DNA of 64,000 bases from an uncultured Bacteroidales bacterium (GTDB taxonomy: Bacteria; Bacteroidota; Bacteroidia; Bacteroidales; UBA4417): positions 3,115 to 67,114 of the forward strand of contig CAIRMR010000016.1 of assembly GCA_903879715.1 (NCBI GenBank). The letters run 5' to 3'. A program made the position numbers and the translations under genes. Numbering within the stretch: position 1 is the stretch's first letter; the number at the start of each line of letters is the position of its first letter. Shown one piece after another: positions 62,035 through 64,000 of the stretch. Under the pieces are notes generated by a model. That model was not told the DNA's origin and made no database searches. It worked only from the letters and a program-made list of their open reading frames with translations.

Positions 62035-64000
62035 ATGAATACTACTGCCCATATCAATAATACTACTAAAAACACAGTCGGAGAAATCAAGTTTAGTAAT
62101 TTATTCGAAATCGAAGAAATTCAGCGTTTGCAGGATTTGTTTTCGGATGCTACCGGTGTAGCTTCTCTGATAACCTATCCTGATGGCAGCGCTATTACCA
62201 GGCCAAGTAACTTTTGCCGTTTATGCGAAAACATCATCCGAAAGACCGAAAAGGGGAGCGCAAACTGCATCAAGTCGGATTTGTATATTGGAAGCAAAAG
62301 CGCTTCCGGCGTAGCCATGCAGCCTTGTTTAAGTTCAGGTTTATGGGACGCGGGTGTTCAAATTACTGTTGATGGCAATCATCTTGCGAACTGGTACATC
62401 GGGCAGGTTCGGAACGGAGAAACGGATGAAAAGCAAATGCTGCGGTATGCTGACGAAATTGGTGCCGACCGGGAAGATTTCATGGCAGCCTTGAACGAAG
62501 TTCCTGTGATGTCAGTTAAACAGTTTGAAAAAGTGGCAGAAATGCTGTACGCTTATGCAAACGAGCTCTCCGAAAAGGCGTATTATAACCTGCTTCTTAA
62601 AATTCAGATTACGGAACGTGAAAAAGTAACTCTGCAAATGCAGGAAAGCACTGAAAATCTTTCAATTACACTGAATTCCATTGGCGAAGCTGTATTAACT
62701 ACTGATAAACACGGATTAATAAATACACTGAATCCTGTTGCCGAAAAGCTTTGCGGGTGGACAAAAGATGAAGCCGCAGGCAAGCCCTTAACTGACATTT
62801 TTAAAGTTATCGATCCCCAAACCAGGAAAATTCTTGATAACCCGGTTATCAAAGTACTTGAAAGTGCCCAGGCATGTGAGTTAACCAATCATACAATACT
62901 GATCTCCCGAAATGGCACCGAATATCATGTTTCCGATAGCGCTGCTCCGATTATTGATAAAAACGGACATATCAGCGGGGTAGTTTTGGTTTTTTCGGAT
63001 ATCACTCACCAGTATATCGCGCAAACACGGATAAGGGAAAGTGAAGAAAAATTCCACTCCCTTTACCTGAATATGAATGAAGGAGCTGCACTTCATAAAA
63101 TGCTGTTTGACGAAGAGGGTTTGCCCTATGATTATACCGTTATTGAAACCAATCGCGCATTCGATATTCAGCTGGGTATTGTCGGTGATTCAATAAAGGG
63201 CAAAGCCAGCAGGGAAGCATACAGAACTGAGGAGCCACCTTACTTCGAAATATATTCAAAGGTAGCTCTTACCGGCGAACCAACCGTGTTTGAGTCCTTT
63301 TCCCCTCCCCTAAACAAGTTTTTTTCAATCTCTGTTTATTGTCCTGCCAAAGGAAGTTTTGCCACAATTTTTGAGGATATCACTCAACGAAAAAAAGCAG
63401 AAACTACCCTTATGGAAAGTGAGAAAAAATATCGCAACCTGGTATCCGACATGCAGGTTGGTATACTTATACAGGGACCACAGGCTGAAATAATAATGAG
63501 TAATGCCAAAGCTTTAGAATTCCTTGGATTAAGTGAGGATCAGTTATTGGGTAAAACCTCATTCGATCCGGACTGGAACGTGATTCACGAAGATGGAACC
63601 CCGTTTCCTGGGCCTGCCCACCCGGTGCCGCAAGCCATAGCATCGCGGAGTGCGGTACGCGATGTAATAATGGGTGTTTACCGCCCCGGAAAAGAAGACC
63701 GCATATGGCTTTTGGTATGTGCCGAGCCCCAGATGAATCAGGATGGAAGCGTACAACAGGTGATTTGTACTTTTATAGATATCAGCAAACGTAAAAATGC
63801 GGAAAGCGCGCTTCAGAAAGAACGCCATTTATTTCGCAATCTGATCGACAATATCCCTGATTTAATTTACGTAAAAGATCTGCAAGGCCGAAAAACGCTT
63901 GCCAATATAAATGAAGTCCGTTTTACAGGAGCAACTTCTGAGGCAGAGGTTTTAGGCAAAGATGATTTCTCGTTTTACCCTAACGAAATCGCTAAAATGT
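62035..64000 (+). CDS. PocR-domain multi-PAS sensor protein (truncated by window end)
   Basis: Not in the ORF track because it has no stop in the window; ATG 62035 gives MNTTAH...EEIQRLQDLFSDATGVASLITYPDG..ITRPSNFCRLC..IIR.TEKG..NC..SD...GLWDAG...HLANWYIGQV, then PAS repeats. Confidence 0.88.
   Translation, partial: MNTTAHINNTTKNTVGEIKFSNLFEIEEIQRLQDLFSDATGVASLITYPDGSAITRPSNFCRLCENIIRKTEKGSANCIKSDLYIGSKSASGVAMQPCLSSGLWDAGVQITVDGNHLANWYIGQVRNGETDEKQMLRYADEIGADREDFMAALNEVPVMSVKQFEKVAEMLYAYANELSEKAYYNLLLKIQITEREKVTLQMQESTENLSITLNSIGEAVLTTDKHGLINTLNPVAEKLCGWTKDEAAGKPLTDIFKVIDPQTRKILDNPVIKVLESAQACELTNHTILISRNGTEYHVSDSAAPIIDKNGHISGVVLVFSDITHQYIAQTRIRESEEKFHSLYLNMNEGAALHKMLFDEEGLPYDYTVIETNRAFDIQLGIVGDSIKGKASREAYRTEEPPYFEIYSKVALTGEPTVFESFSPPLNKFFSISVYCPAKGSFATIFEDITQRKKAETTLMESEKKYRNLVSDMQVGILIQGPQAEIIMSNAKALEFLGLSEDQLLGKTSFDPDWNVIHEDGTPFPGPAHPVPQAIASRSAVRDVIMGVYRPGKEDRIWLLVCAEPQMNQDGSVQQVICTFIDISKRKNAESALQKERHLFRNLIDNIPDLIYVKDLQGRKTLANINEVRFTGATSEAEVLGKDDFSFYPNEIAKM

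Noticed and set aside
42534-63828. Numerous short antisense ORFs inside kinase, YyaL and CLC genes
   Set aside because: Shadow frames of long, well-supported genes on the opposite strand

Overview
Bacteroidota (Bacteroidales-like, probably anaerobic) chromosomal window, judged from TAnnTTTG promoters, a T9SS cargo protein and the DUF4271-hemD, rnpA-yidD and lptD/amidase/mlaD gene order. I found no rRNA, tRNA, CRISPR array or intact transposase. Housekeeping genes are ackA, hemD, rnpA, yidD, cdd, panC, lptD, an amidase, mlaD, an OstA-like protein and a CLC channel. Other loci are a BlaI/M56-TonB pair, a HigBA-like TA module and many PAS sensor kinases. Two loci stand out. (1) An intact gatE-gatD pair encodes GatDE, the Glu-tRNA(Gln) amidotransferase regarded as archaea-specific, here behind a native Bacteroidota-type promoter. 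(2) A putative heme/metal uptake operon (T9SS-secreted HmuY-like protein, TonB-dependent receptor, HmuY lipoprotein) is preceded by a small membrane-targeted, His-cluster ORF ending in RGPP, the ribosome-arrest motif, with alternative RNA stems right after it. This is a candidate metal/heme-sensing translational attenuator. Intergenic DNA also carries tandem repeats, nested REP-like palindromes, a degenerate attC-like site and candidate structured RNAs. All calls were made by eye; no database searches were run.
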